Shown: positions 46,940 to 57,606, numbered from the stretch's first letter. The stretch is 64,000 bases of DNA from an uncultured bacterium (GCA_963978095.1 CAXBQP010000001.1:105076-169075); one strand, 5' to 3'. The notes: generated from the letters alone by a model not told the origin. Numbers and translations are program-made.

Positions 46940-49141
46940 CTACGGCGCGCCGTCGGGACCGATGTAGCTCGACAGGATACTGGTCAGATGCGCGGCGTGC
47001 CGGGTGGAATCCTCCACTTCCCGCAGCAGCGGTGCGACGGAGGCCACCGTGACGGCGTCGGCGATCTCGCTCACGGCGACGCCCGCGTTGGCCCAGATGG
47101 CGGCCATGAGTCCCTGCAGGTCCGGGGGGAGATCGCGGGCGCCAGGGAGGGCCGGTTGCTGCGCGCGCAGAATTGCATGTTGGAGTCGCAGGCGCGCGGC
47201 CTCGGTCGCCTTCCGTGCGGTGAGGTCCGTCAGCATCACGATGAATCCGAGCGCCGTGCCGTGCGGGCCCGGGACTTGGTCGGCGCGCACGGCGACCGGC
47301 ACCGACACGCCGTCGCCAGCCACGAGCGCGAGTTCGCCGCGCCACGGCCGTCGTTCGTTGCGGACGCCGTGCACCATCTGCAGGAACCGCTGGGGCTCCG
47401 TGAAATGCGGCGCGAGATCGACCAGCGATTCCCAGGCACGGTGCGGACGCCGGATCATGCCGCCGAGCGCATCGTTCGCGATCAGGATGCGACCGTTGGC
47501 GTCGGCGATGATGACCGGCTCGGTGGAGCGTTCGACCGCCGTACGCACGCGTTGGAGCTGGTTTTCGGCGATCAGGACGCGCACTGCGCGGATTTGCAGG
47601 ATCAGATCCGTCAGTGAGGCTCCGACGGCGCGCGCCAGCGCGAGCTCCCTCGGCTCCCAGGGCGACGCCGTGTCGCGCACGATCTGGTGCCACTCGGCGA
47701 ACGAGCGGCGGGGTGACAGCTCCCGGGGATCGTTCCCCATGACCACCTTGTGGGGATCACCGCCCCAGACGACGTCGTGCAGCTGCTCCTTGCGGAACCA
47801 CGCGAAATATTCGCCAGTGCCCGGCGCCAATTCGATGGCCAGCACGCCGCTCGCCAGCGGCGAGAGCGACGCCAGTCCGGGATTCAGCCGCGAGATGGCG
47901 TTGCTCTGAAAGAGCGAGCCATCGTTGCGTCCCTGCAGCCAGGCAAAGAGCGCGCGCAGTTCGACCGTGGAGGGGACATCGCCGGCCGTCATGAGTTCGC
48001 CCTCATACATGAGCGCGGCCCCGGTGGCGTCGAGCAGCTGCAGCAGATGGCGCGGATTGTCAAAGAGGGCGAGTCGCCAGTCGCCACCCTGCGCCGTCGC
48101 CTCGATGACGCGATGTTCCAAGCGACGCACGAGTACCTCGGCCTGCGCCTCGGCAAAGTTCTCGAGGGCGGAGATCCGGGTCGAGATGACGTCCGAGAGC
48201 AAGTCGCAGGCCGCCCGGTACTCCCCCGAGACGATCTTGGGCGAGTAGTGGTGGCACGAGATGAGCCCCCAGAGCTTGCCGTCGTGCACCAGCGACGCGA
48301 CCAGGGTCGCGGTCACCCCCATGTTCTTGAGGTACTGGAGGTGCACCGGTGACATGGAGCGCAGGGTACACATCGACATGTCCAGGTCCTCACCCGTCGC
48401 CGGTGCGAAGCGGGGGACGAGCGGCACCGGCTGGTAGTGCACGTCGACGAGGAGGCGGACGCGATTGCGCAGATACAGGTCACGCGCGCGCTGGGGGATA
48501 TCCGTGGCCGGATAGTGTCGTCCGAGAAAGGCCTCGAGGTGCGGCTCGCGGGCCTCGGCAATGATCTCGCCGTGGCCATCGGCGTCGAACCGATAGACCA
48601 TCACGCGGTCATAGCCGGTCAGGTCGCGCAGCTCGCGGACGACCGTCTCGGCCAAGGCCGGAATCGCGTGGGCCGCACCGATGGCCTGGACCGCGTTGGT
48701 GAGGCGGTTGGCGAGCCCTGGGCTCTGGCGACGGACCGGACCTTCCTGGAACTGCTCCATCTCGATCGCGAGTCCCACCTTCGCGACGCGGTGGAGGTGG
48801 ACGGTCGCGTGCATTGGGACGCCACGGACGGTGACGTTGCACCCCATCGGGACCGGGGCGACGAGGGGGTCGCCGCTGGCCAGGACGGCGCGGATTCGGT
48901 CGACCAGGTCGCCTCCGAGGACCGTCAGCGACTGCCCGAGCAGGGTATCGAGGGGGATCCCCAGCAGGTCCGCGGCATTGGCGGAGGCTTGGTCGATCCG
49001 CAGCGAGGGCTCCCCGACCACGAGCAGCAGCCCGTGCGGCTGCACCGAGGCCGCGAGATGGATCAGCTCGCGCTCGCAGTTGGTGAGGTTCGCGCTACCG
49101 AAGGCGGGCTGTTCGAGGGGCCGTTCGAGGGGCTGTTCCAC
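46940..49141 (-). CDS. bphP: Bacteriophytochrome, BphP1-type (PAS-GAF-PHY-PAS-helical tail, no kinase)
   Basis: N-terminal bilin Cys (LTNCERE.IH), YDRVM.Y.F, DIP, H.QYL.NMGV, WGG, PRRSF; PAS follows; no H-box or HATPase. Confidence 0.92.
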   Translation of the reverse strand: MEQPLERPLEQPAFGSANLTNCERELIHLAASVQPHGLLLVVGEPSLRIDQASANAADLLGIPLDTLLGQSLTVLGGDLVDRIRAVLASGDPLVAPVPMGCNVTVRGVPMHATVHLHRVAKVGLAIEMEQFQEGPVRRQSPGLANRLTNAVQAIGAAHAIPALAETVVRELRDLTGYDRVMVYRFDADGHGEIIAEAREPHLEAFLGRHYPATDIPQRARDLYLRNRVRLLVDVHYQPVPLVPRFAPATGEDLDMSMCTLRSMSPVHLQYLKNMGVTATLVASLVHDGKLWGLISCHHYSPKIVSGEYRAACDLLSDVISTRISALENFAEAQAEVLVRRLEHRVIEATAQGGDWRLALFDNPRHLLQLLDATGAALMYEGELMTAGDVPSTVELRALFAWLQGRNDGSLFQSNAISRLNPGLASLSPLASGVLAIELAPGTGEYFAWFRKEQLHDVVWGGDPHKVVMGNDPRELSPRRSFAEWHQIVRDTASPWEPRELALARAVGASLTDLILQIRAVRVLIAENQLQRVRTAVERSTEPVIIADANGRILIANDALGGMIRRPHRAWESLVDLAPHFTEPQRFLQMVHGVRNERRPWRGELALVAGDGVSVPVAVRADQVPGPHGTALGFIVMLTDLTARKATEAARLRLQHAILRAQQPALPGARDLPPDLQGLMAAIWANAGVAVSEIADAVTVASVAPLLREVEDSTRHAAHLTSILSSYIGPDGAP

Positions 49142-49245
49142 GGGGATCCTGACCAGGAGGGGGGCCGCTGACGCCCCATATATGCAGGGCGGCCCCGCTT
49201 GTCGTAAGTACCCGTCCCGCTATTAGTTTGTGGGAGCCCGACGAG

Positions 49246-49302
49246 TGTCAGGGAGACTAGACGACAAGCCCCCGTGACAGTTGCTGTTCCAGCCCCTATA
49301 TT
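49246..49302. promoter_or_regulatory. PpsR-like compound operator and promoter between bphP and hemC
   Basis: TGT-N12-ACG 49246-49263 overlapping CGA-N12-ACA 49262-49279; GTGACA-17-TATATT (49274-49302) toward hemC. Confidence 0.65.
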
Positions 49303-49311
49303 CGCACCATA

Positions 49312-50277
49312 ATGGCTGAACCGACACGCAGGACGCAGGACGCTGAGGACACGCGTCGACTCGTAATCGGCACACGCGCCAGCAAGCTCGCGTTGTGGCA
49401 GACGGAGCATGTCCGGTCCCTGCTGCTCGCGCGCAACCCGGGCCTCGACATCGAGTATACGCGCATCACCACGAAGGGCGATGCGATCACCGATCGTCCG
49501 TTGGCCGAGATCGGGCGCAACTCGTTGTTCGTCGCCGAAATCGAGGATGCGTTGCGTGAGGGGCGCATCCGCTTCGCGGTGCACAGTGCGAAGGATCTGC
49601 CATCGACGCTCGCGCCGGACATGTCGATCGGGGCTTTTCTGACGCGTGCGGACGCGCGCGACGTGCTCGTTTCGGCCGGACACGTACCGTTCGATCGACT
49701 GCCCCATGGCGCACGGGTGGGCACGAGCAGCCCGCGGCGCAACTGCCAGCTGCGTGCGTGGCGGAACGACCTGCGGTTGGTGGATATCCGCGGCAACGTG
49801 GATACCCGACTCGAGAAGTTGCACCGCGGGGAATACGACGCGATCGTGCTCGCGGCGGCGGGGCTGGAGCGCTTGGGGCTCTCCTCGGTCGTCACCGAGT
49901 ATTTCGCGGTGGACGCCATGATCCCGGCGGTGGCGCAAGGCGCGCTCGCCGTGGAGATTCGTGCGGGCGATGCGGAAGCCGCGGCGCTGATCGGCGCCCT
50001 GGACGACCCGACGACGTCGGTCGCGGTGCGTGCCGAGCGGGCATTTTTGGCGGCCATGGGCGCCGGGTGCAATGCGCCGCTCGGAGCGCACGCTCGCGTG
50101 AGCGGGAATCACCTGACGGTCTCCGCGCTGATCGGGTCCTCCGACGGGACGCTTCTCACGGCAGAAGCCCGCGGATCGCTGGACGAGGCGGAATCCCTCG
50201 GCGAGCAACTGGCGCAGCGTCTGACCGCCGATGGCGGCTCGGTGTTGCTTCAGGGCGTAGCCCGAACTCACGGCTGA
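49312..50277 (+). CDS. hemC: Hydroxymethylbilane synthase
   Basis: IGTR.S.LALWQ, AVHSAKD, GTSS.RR, RGNV.TR, GC..P cofactor Cys. Confidence 0.95.
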   Translation: MAEPTRRTQDAEDTRRLVIGTRASKLALWQTEHVRSLLLARNPGLDIEYTRITTKGDAITDRPLAEIGRNSLFVAEIEDALREGRIRFAVHSAKDLPSTLAPDMSIGAFLTRADARDVLVSAGHVPFDRLPHGARVGTSSPRRNCQLRAWRNDLRLVDIRGNVDTRLEKLHRGEYDAIVLAAAGLERLGLSSVVTEYFAVDAMIPAVAQGALAVEIRAGDAEAAALIGALDDPTTSVAVRAERAFLAAMGAGCNAPLGAHARVSGNHLTVSALIGSSDGTLLTAEARGSLDEAESLGEQLAQRLTADGGSVLLQGVARTHG

Positions 50278-50278
50278 T

Positions 50279-51103
50279 ATGGAACCGGCCGCGGCTTCCC
50301 TGCAACCACTCGTCGGGCGACGCATCGTCGTCACCCGCCCCGCGGCGCAGGCGTCGCGCCTCATCGACCAGCTGCGGGCCGGGGGCGCACGCCCGATCGC
50401 CTGTCCGGCGATCGCGACCATCGAGCCCGAGAGCTGGGATCCACTCGATGCCGCGTTGCGCGCGCTCGGCCGGTACCGCTGGGTGCTGTACACCAGTGCG
50501 AATGCGGTCGAGTCCGTGGCGTCCCGTCTTGCGGTGCTGCACCAGCGCGGGGGATCGGGCGACGCGGGGGCCGCGTCGATCGCGGCCGTGGGACGCGCGA
50601 CGCGCGATGCCGTCACGGCACAGGGGTGGCGGTGCGAGTTCGTCCCATCGCGGGCGGACGGCGATTCCCTTGCCCGCGAGCTTCCCGTGGCGATCGGCGA
50701 TCATGTCCTCTGGCCCCGGGCCGACATCGCGCGCTCCGGCCCCGTGGAGCGCTTGCGGGCGCGCGGCGCCGTGGTGGATGTCGTCGAAGCGTATCGTACC
50801 GTCCGGGACCCCGCCTTGAGCGAAGTGGTGTGCGCACTCCAGGGCCATCAGGTCGACGCCCTGACCTTCGCGAGTCCGTCCGCAGTGCGTAACTTCATGG
50901 CGGCCCTCCGCGATGCCGGCGTCCGTCCGGAGTGGCTGACCGAGCAGGGGCCGGTCGTGGCCTCGATCGGCCCGGTGACCTCAGCGGCCGTGCGCGACGT
51001 CGGGTTGACTGTGCACGCGGAATCGACCTCGGCGGATGACGACGGCGTTGTGCACGCTCTGAGCCGATGGTTCGCGGAGCACGCCGTTCCCTACTGGAGA
51101 TGA
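50279..51103 (+). CDS. hemD: Uroporphyrinogen-III synthase
   Basis: [31 protein letters not shown]. Confidence 0.9.
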   Translation: MEPAAASLQPLVGRRIVVTRPAAQASRLIDQLRAGGARPIACPAIATIEPESWDPLDAALRALGRYRWVLYTSANAVESVASRLAVLHQRGGSGDAGAASIAAVGRATRDAVTAQGWRCEFVPSRADGDSLARELPVAIGDHVLWPRADIARSGPVERLRARGAVVDVVEAYRTVRDPALSEVVCALQGHQVDALTFASPSAVRNFMAALRDAGVRPEWLTEQGPVVASIGPVTSAAVRDVGLTVHAESTSADDDGVVHALSRWFAEHAVPYWR

Positions 51104-51105
51104 CG

Positions 51106-52116
51106 ATGGGTGACACCGTACGTGAGCAGCAGATGGCGCCCGGAGCGGTTCGGATGCGCCGCCTGCGTCGGACGAGCGCGCTCCGCGCCTTGGTGCGCGA
51201 GACGCCACTCGCCGTTGCCGACTTCATTCATCCGCTGTTCATCACCGCCGGCTCCGCCTTCGAGAAACCCATCGAGACGATGCCTGGCCACTCGCAGCGG
51301 TCGGTGGATCGTCTGGATGCCGAAATCGACGAACTGGTGGCGCTGGGCATCCCGTCGGTGTTGCTGTTCGGAATCCCGGCCGCAAAGGACGCGCGGGGGA
51401 CGTCGGCCTACGATCCGGACGGTCCGGTCCCTCGGGCCACCCGCGCCATCAAGGCCCGCGCGCCGGAGATGATCGTCATCGCCGACGTGTGCCTCTGTGA
51501 ATACACGAGTCATGGGCACTGCGGCGTCTTGGTGGACGAATCGGGCGATGTACGCAACGACGAGACGCTCGAACTGCTCGGACGCGCATCGGTGGCGTAT
51601 GCGGATGCGGGGGCCGACGTGATCGCCCCCAGTGCGATGATGGACTTTCAAGTGGCGGCCATCCGTCGGGCCCTCGATGCCGCCGGACACGCACACATTC
51701 CGATCCTGAGTTACGCCGCCAAGTATTCCTCGGCGTTCTACGGACCTTTCCGTGCGGCCGCCGAGAGCACACCGAGCTTCGGCGACCGTCGTGCGTACCA
51801 GATGGATCCCGCCAACACGCGCGAAGCGATGCGCGAAGTGGAACTTGACGTTGCCGAAGGCGCGGACATGCTCATGGTGAAACCCGCCGGCGCGTATCTG
51901 GACATCATCCGCCAGGTGCGTGACCGGTGGGGACATCCCTTGGTCGCCTATCAAGTGAGTGGCGAATACGCGATGCTCAAAGCCGCCGCGCGCCTCGGAT
52001 GGATCGACGAACGGCGCGCCGCACTGGAATCGCTGGTCGCGATCCGACGCGCGGGTGCGGATGCGATCATCACCTACTATGCAAAAGAGGCAGCCGCATG
52101 GCTGGCGGATCAGTGA
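51106..52116 (+). CDS. hemB: Porphobilinogen synthase (Zn-type)
   Basis: [43 protein letters not shown]; start 51100 or 51106. Confidence 0.96.
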   Translation: MGDTVREQQMAPGAVRMRRLRRTSALRALVRETPLAVADFIHPLFITAGSAFEKPIETMPGHSQRSVDRLDAEIDELVALGIPSVLLFGIPAAKDARGTSAYDPDGPVPRATRAIKARAPEMIVIADVCLCEYTSHGHCGVLVDESGDVRNDETLELLGRASVAYADAGADVIAPSAMMDFQVAAIRRALDAAGHAHIPILSYAAKYSSAFYGPFRAAAESTPSFGDRRAYQMDPANTREAMREVELDVAEGADMLMVKPAGAYLDIIRQVRDRWGHPLVAYQVSGEYAMLKAAARLGWIDERRAALESLVAIRRAGADAIITYYAKEAAAWLADQ

Positions 52117-53417
52117 GCGATTCGGTGGAGGCCCACACGCGCACGAGCGCGTCCCTCTTCGCGGCGGCCCAGCGGGTGATTCCCGGCGGCGTGAACAGTC
52201 CGGTCCGTGCATTTCGCAGCGTTGGCGGGACGCCGCGCTTCATCGCCGAGGCGGCGGGCGCGTGGCTGATCGATGAAGATGGCAATCACTTCGTGGACTA
52301 CGTGCTGAGTTGGGGACCGATGATCCTGGGGCACGCGCACCCGGATGTGATCGCCGCCATCAGCCATCAGGCTGCGAAGGGGACCTCCTACGGCGCGCCG
52401 ACGGCCCTCGAGACCACGCTGGCGGAGATGGTGATCGCGATGGTGCCGTCCGTGGAGATGGTGCGCTTCGTTTCGAGCGGGACGGAAGCGACGATGAGCG
52501 CCGTGCGCCTGGCGCGGGCCTTCACGGGGCGCAGCAAGGTGCTCAAGTTCGCCGGCTGCTACCACGGTCATGCCGACGCGTTCCTGGTGCAAGCGGGTTC
52601 CGGCGTGGCAACGCTCGGACTGCCCGACAGCCCGGGTGTGACCGCCGGGACCGTGGCGGACACGCTGACCTGCGCCTACAACGACCTCGCCGCTGCCACG
52701 ACGATCGCCGAGGCACATGCCGACGCGCTCGCGGCCATCATCGTGGAGCCCGTCGTGGGGAACATGGGCTTGGTCCAGCCGCTCCCGGGCTACCTCGAGG
52801 GGTTACGTGCGCTGGCCACGCGACTCGGCGCGGTCCTGATCTTCGACGAAGTGATGACCGGCTTCCGTGTCGCGGCGGGCGGGGCGCAAGCGCATTACGG
52901 CATCACGCCGGACCTCACGTGCTTGGGCAAGGTGATCGGTGGCGGGCTGCCGGTGGCCGCGTACGGGGGACGGCGAGACATCATGGCGGCAGTCGCCCCA
53001 TCGGGGAAGATGTACCAGGCGGGAACGCTGTCGGGCAATCCGATTGCGATGGCGGCGGGGATCGCGACACTCCGCGAGCTGCAGGCGCCGAACCGCTATG
53101 CGTCGCTGACGGCGACCGCCGAGCAGGTGGTCGACGTCGTGCGCACGGCCGGCGCGCGGCATGGTGTGCCCGTGACGGCTGGGAACGTGGGGAGCATGTG
53201 GGGCTTCTTCCTGTGTGCCGGTCCCGTGACCGACTACGAGAGCGCGAAGCACGCGGACACGACGAAGTACGCCACCCTCTTCCACACGCTCCTCGAACAC
53301 GGGGTGTACGTCGCACCGTCACAGTTCGAGGCGGCGTTCGTGAGCACCTGCCACGGCGCGCGGGAGTTGTCAGTGACCGCCGCGGCCTTCGATGCGGCGT
53401 TCGCGGCGATCAGCTGA
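52113..53417 (+). CDS. hemL: Glutamate-1-semialdehyde 2,1-aminomutase
   Basis: [49 protein letters not shown]. Confidence 0.97.
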   Translation: MSDSVEAHTRTSASLFAAAQRVIPGGVNSPVRAFRSVGGTPRFIAEAAGAWLIDEDGNHFVDYVLSWGPMILGHAHPDVIAAISHQAAKGTSYGAPTALETTLAEMVIAMVPSVEMVRFVSSGTEATMSAVRLARAFTGRSKVLKFAGCYHGHADAFLVQAGSGVATLGLPDSPGVTAGTVADTLTCAYNDLAAATTIAEAHADALAAIIVEPVVGNMGLVQPLPGYLEGLRALATRLGAVLIFDEVMTGFRVAAGGAQAHYGITPDLTCLGKVIGGGLPVAAYGGRRDIMAAVAPSGKMYQAGTLSGNPIAMAAGIATLRELQAPNRYASLTATAEQVVDVVRTAGARHGVPVTAGNVGSMWGFFLCAGPVTDYESAKHADTTKYATLFHTLLEHGVYVAPSQFEAAFVSTCHGARELSVTAAAFDAAFAAIS

Positions 53418-53436
53418 CCGCGCGGCGTGACGTCGA

Positions 53437-54897
53437 TCAGTTGACGATCGGCCGCGCCAGGCTCTTCACGAGGCGGTACATGAACTCGTTGGCGTCGTAG
53501 AACGCGCGCTGCGGGATGTGTTCGTTCATCCCGTGCGCGTTGGAGTCGCCGTAGAACTGGCCACTGACGCCGAAGGTCGGAATGCCCACGTTGCGCAGAT
53601 AGGAGCCATCGGTCGCGCCGGTGCTCATGGTGGGAATCACGCCGACGCCGGGCCACATCTCCTGCGTGATGCGATCGAGTTCACGCATCAGGGCCGGAGA
53701 CGCCACGGTCGCGGGGCTGTTGCGCGCCGCGTTGCCGATCGTGACCACGACCTTGGGATCGCCGATCACTTTGGTGATCGTCGCGATGATGTCCTTGGTC
53801 TCGGCATCGGGCAGGATCCGGCAGTTCACATTCGCCTTGGCGCGCTGCGGCAGCGCATTCTTCGCGTGGCCGCCTTCGATCGTAGTGGCGACGCAGGTCG
53901 AACGCATGGTCGAGTTGTATCGCGGATCGGCGGCCAAGGCCGCGGCGGCCGCGACATCCGTCTCGTTCTCGGCGATCGCCGTCATGGCCCAGCCGATCGT
54001 GGGATCGACGAGCGACGCCGACCGGCGGAAATATTCGCGGGTGATGTCGTTGAGGTGCACCGGGAAATCGAACGCCCCGATCTTGACGAGCGCGTTGGAA
54101 AGATGGGTGATGGCGTTGTCCTTCACCGGGACCGAGCTGTGGCCGCCAGGATTGGTGCTTTCGAGCGTGATGTTCAGGACCTTCTTCTCGGCTGCCTGGA
54201 TGTCGTGGGACACGAACTTGCCGTCCTTCACGCGCCCACCGCCCCCTTCATTCAGCGCGTACTCCGCCTCGAGCAGCTTGGGTCGGTTCTTCAGGATCCA
54301 ATCGACGCCGTTGTTGGGGCCCCCTTCTTCATCGGTGGTCAGCGCCACGACGATGTCGCGCTCCGGGACGAAGCCCTCGGCCTTGAGGCGCATGAGCAGG
54401 GCGAGGTTGATGGCGCCATCGTCCTTGTCGTCCGAGACGCCGCGGCCGTAGAAGGTGCTGTCCTTCTCGACGAAGGTGAACGGGGGCAGGGTCCAGTCTT
54501 CCGGCTTCGCTTCGACCACGTCGAGGTGCGAGAGCAACATGATCGGTTTCTTGGTGGCCGGTTTGCCGTGGAGCCGGGCGATCAGGTTGCCTTTGCGTGG
54601 GGCGTTTTCGACGACCACCACATCCGAGTCGGGGAATCCGGCCCGCTTGAGGCGCGCGGCCATCGCTTTCGCCGCCACCAACGAACTGCCGTTGCTCTCC
54701 TGCGTATTGATTTCAATCAACTCCTTGAAGAGATCGTGGGCGAGCGTGTCCCACTTGGTCAGGACGCGCTTGCCGGCAGGCGCCTGCGCGGCCAGCGGAG
54801 CGGCCAGCGGCGCCGCGAAGCCAACGGCGACGACAACGGCGGTGGCCAGCGCACGCAGCGGCTGGCAAGACAGTCGGTCGAGGAAGCGGGTACGCAT
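53437..54897 (-). CDS. Secreted M20/M25/M40 family metallo-hydrolase
   Basis: Signal peptide; HLDVV, YGRG..DDK, DEE, NEGG, GGHSS, AHG.NE. Confidence 0.88.
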   Translation of the reverse strand: MRTRFLDRLSCQPLRALATAVVVAVGFAAPLAAPLAAQAPAGKRVLTKWDTLAHDLFKELIEINTQESNGSSLVAAKAMAARLKRAGFPDSDVVVVENAPRKGNLIARLHGKPATKKPIMLLSHLDVVEAKPEDWTLPPFTFVEKDSTFYGRGVSDDKDDGAINLALLMRLKAEGFVPERDIVVALTTDEEGGPNNGVDWILKNRPKLLEAEYALNEGGGGRVKDGKFVSHDIQAAEKKVLNITLESTNPGGHSSVPVKDNAITHLSNALVKIGAFDFPVHLNDITREYFRRSASLVDPTIGWAMTAIAENETDVAAAAALAADPRYNSTMRSTCVATTIEGGHAKNALPQRAKANVNCRILPDAETKDIIATITKVIGDPKVVVTIGNAARNSPATVASPALMRELDRITQEMWPGVGVIPTMSTGATDGSYLRNVGIPTFGVSGQFYGDSNAHGMNEHIPQRAFYDANEFMYRLVKSLARPIVN

Positions 54898-55054
54898 CGG
54901 GACAACCTCACAGGGGGAGAAGCGTGACAATCGCCGCACGACGAGCCGAGGGCGCTCGTCGCAGGCCTTACAGCCATCGGCAGGCCAGCGAGATGTCGTT
55001 TCCGCGCGTATCTTTGCCGACCTACCCTGCGTGAAACCTAAGTACCGCGAGCCG

Positions 55055-57538
55055 ATGCTTCAAACATCCGAACCGCATGCGTCGCCCAATGCCGGGCGCT
55101 CCCTTCCGTTGCTGCTCGTCCTGTTCGTCGGGAGCGGGTGCGCAGCGCTGATCTACGAGATCGTCTGGTTCCAGCTGCTGCAGCTGGTGATCGGCTCGTC
55201 CGCCTACTCGCTCGGGGTCCTGTTGGGGACCTTCATGGGGGGGATGTGCCTGGGCAGCCTGTTGTTGCCCCGGTATGTCTCGCGGTCGGAGCACCCGTTG
55301 CGGGCGTACGCCAAGCTGGAGCTCGGGATCGGCGCGCTGGGCATCGTGGTCCTCTTCCTGGTCCCCCTGATCGGCCGCGTGTACGTCGGCGTTGCCGGCG
55401 GGACCATAGACCTGCTCTTCCGGGCCGTGGTGGCCGCGATCTGCCTTCTGCCTCCAACGCTGCTCATGGGGGCGACGCTCCCGGCGATCGCCCGCTGGGT
55501 CGAGAGCACGCCCAAAGGGGTGTCGTGGCTCGGGTTCTTCTACGGCAGCAACATCGCGGGTGCGGTCTTCGGCTGCCTGCTGGCCGGGTTCTACCTGCTG
55601 CGCGTGACGGACATGCGCATCACGACGTTCGTCGCGGTCGGCATCAACGTCGCGGTGGCGCTGGCCGCGTTGGCGCTGGCGGGGAAGTCGTCGCACGTCG
55701 CGGCAACGTCCGAGGCCGCCACCGGAGCCGACGTCGTTCCGATGGACCGGGCGGTCCTGGTCACGATCGCCCTCTCCGGACTGAGTGCGCTGGGCGCCGA
55801 GGTGGTGTGGACGCGCCTGTTGTCGCTGATGCTGGGCGCGACGGTGTACACCTTCTCGATCATCCTGGCCGTCGTGCTGCTCGGGTTGGGAATCGGCAGC
55901 AGCATCGGATCAGCGATCAGCCGCGGCTCCGTACGGCCCAAGGTCGCACTCGGCGTCGCGCAGTTGCTGGTCGCCTTCGCGGTGACGTGGACGGCCCTCA
56001 ACATCGCGGACTCATTGCCGTTCTGGCCGGTGAACCCGTCGTTGCTGACCAACCCCTGGATCTTCTTCCAGTTCGACATCGCCCGATGCGTATGGGCGCT
56101 GTTGCCCGCGTGCATCCTTTGGGGCGCCAGTTTTCCGCTGGCGTTGGCGGCCGTCGTGCGTCGCGGCGCTGATTCGGGTGCGCTGGTCGGCACGGTATAT
56201 GCCGCCAACACCGTGGGGGCGATCCTCGGGGCCCTGCTCTTCAGCATCGTGCTGATTCCGTGGCAGGGCACGCAGGTGGCGCAGCAGGTGATCATCGTGA
56301 TCGCCGCGGTGTCGTCGCTGGTGGTGCTCGTCCCCGCCCTCTTCGGCACCGGCGCATCCACCGACGTCCCGACGGGGGCCAAGGTCAAGGGAGGCGCCGT
56401 GAGTCGTGGGTCGTCACCGCTCGCCGCGCTCAGCCTCGGTGCGGGATTGTTGTTGGCGTTGGTGGGGATCAAGAACGTGCACCGAGTGCCCGACGGGCTC
56501 GTCGGGTACGGACGGTACTTGCCGACCTATTCGACGCTGCCGTCCTTCCTGTACGTCGGCGAGGGGATCAACAGCACGGTCGCGGTGTCCGAACTGTCGA
56601 ACGGCGACCGGAACTTCCACGTCGCGGGAAAGATCGAAGCCTCCACGGAACCGCAGGACATGCGTCTGCAGCGCATGCTCGGACATCTGTCCGCGCTGGC
56701 GACGCCGAAGCCCAAGTCGGTGTTGATCGTCGGATTCGGCGCCGGCGTGACGGCAGGCTCATTCGTGACGTATCCGGAGATCGAACGGATCGTGATTTGC
56801 GAACTGGAGCCGTTGATCCCGACGAACGTCGGTCCGTACTTCGAGAAGCAGAACTACAATGTCGCGCATGATCCGCGCGTGCAGATCGTGTACGACGATG
56901 CGCGTCACTTCGTGCTGACCACGAAGGAGAAGTTCGACGTCATCACTTCGGATCCGATCCATCCGTGGGTGAAGGGCGCGGCGACGCTCTACACCAAGGA
57001 GTATTTCGAGATGGTGAAGGCCCATCTCAAGCCGGGCGGCGTGATCTCGCAGTGGGTCCCGATGTACGAGAGCCATTCGGCGGCGGTCGAGAGCCAGATC
57101 GCGACGTTCATGGACGTCTTCCCCAACGGAACCGTGTGGGGGAACACCCAGAACGGGCGCGGCTACGATCTCGTCCTGCTCGGCACGAACGGGCCCACGA
57201 TGATCAACATCGATTCGATGAACGCGCGGATGGGAAATCCGCAGCATGCACAAGCCATCGCCTCCCTGCGTGAGGTCGGATTCGGCTCGTCGCTGGATCT
57301 CTTCGGCACATTCGCGGCGCAGGGGTCGGACCTGACGGGCTGGCTCAAGAATGCGCAGATCAACCGGGACGTCGACCTGCGCCTGCAGTACATTGCCGGG
57401 CTCGGCAACAACGCCTACGAGAACGGCGAGATCTACGACGGGATCCTGCGCGCGCGGAAGTTCCCCGAGTCGATCTTCGTCGCGGCCCCCGAGTGGAAGA
57501 ACGCGCTCGCCTCGGTGCTCGGCGTCACGCGGCAATAA
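55055..57538 (+). CDS. Fused MFS-like membrane domain / spermidine synthase-like SAM protein
   Basis: SG..ALIYE.VW TM repeats, LMGATLP, YAANT.G; VL.VGFGAGVT, E.EP, DDAR, FDVI.SD. Confidence 0.85.
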   Translation: MLQTSEPHASPNAGRSLPLLLVLFVGSGCAALIYEIVWFQLLQLVIGSSAYSLGVLLGTFMGGMCLGSLLLPRYVSRSEHPLRAYAKLELGIGALGIVVLFLVPLIGRVYVGVAGGTIDLLFRAVVAAICLLPPTLLMGATLPAIARWVESTPKGVSWLGFFYGSNIAGAVFGCLLAGFYLLRVTDMRITTFVAVGINVAVALAALALAGKSSHVAATSEAATGADVVPMDRAVLVTIALSGLSALGAEVVWTRLLSLMLGATVYTFSIILAVVLLGLGIGSSIGSAISRGSVRPKVALGVAQLLVAFAVTWTALNIADSLPFWPVNPSLLTNPWIFFQFDIARCVWALLPACILWGASFPLALAAVVRRGADSGALVGTVYAANTVGAILGALLFSIVLIPWQGTQVAQQVIIVIAAVSSLVVLVPALFGTGASTDVPTGAKVKGGAVSRGSSPLAALSLGAGLLLALVGIKNVHRVPDGLVGYGRYLPTYSTLPSFLYVGEGINSTVAVSELSNGDRNFHVAGKIEASTEPQDMRLQRMLGHLSALATPKPKSVLIVGFGAGVTAGSFVTYPEIERIVICELEPLIPTNVGPYFEKQNYNVAHDPRVQIVYDDARHFVLTTKEKFDVITSDPIHPWVKGAATLYTKEYFEMVKAHLKPGGVISQWVPMYESHSAAVESQIATFMDVFPNGTVWGNTQNGRGYDLVLLGTNGPTMINIDSMNARMGNPQHAQAIASLREVGFGSSLDLFGTFAAQGSDLTGWLKNAQINRDVDLRLQYIAGLGNNAYENGEIYDGILRARKFPESIFVAAPEWKNALASVLGVTRQ

Positions 57539-57606
57539 CGCTTGGCAGTATTGGGCGGGGAGCCTGAGACGATGTCTCGGGAACCCCGCCCTGTTAGTTT
57601 CCGCAC

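Noticed and set aside
49108..49138. Short 12-nt tandem repeat at the bphP 5' end (EQPLERPLEQP)
   Set aside because: Only two to three imperfect copies in a variable N-terminus; no functional evidence
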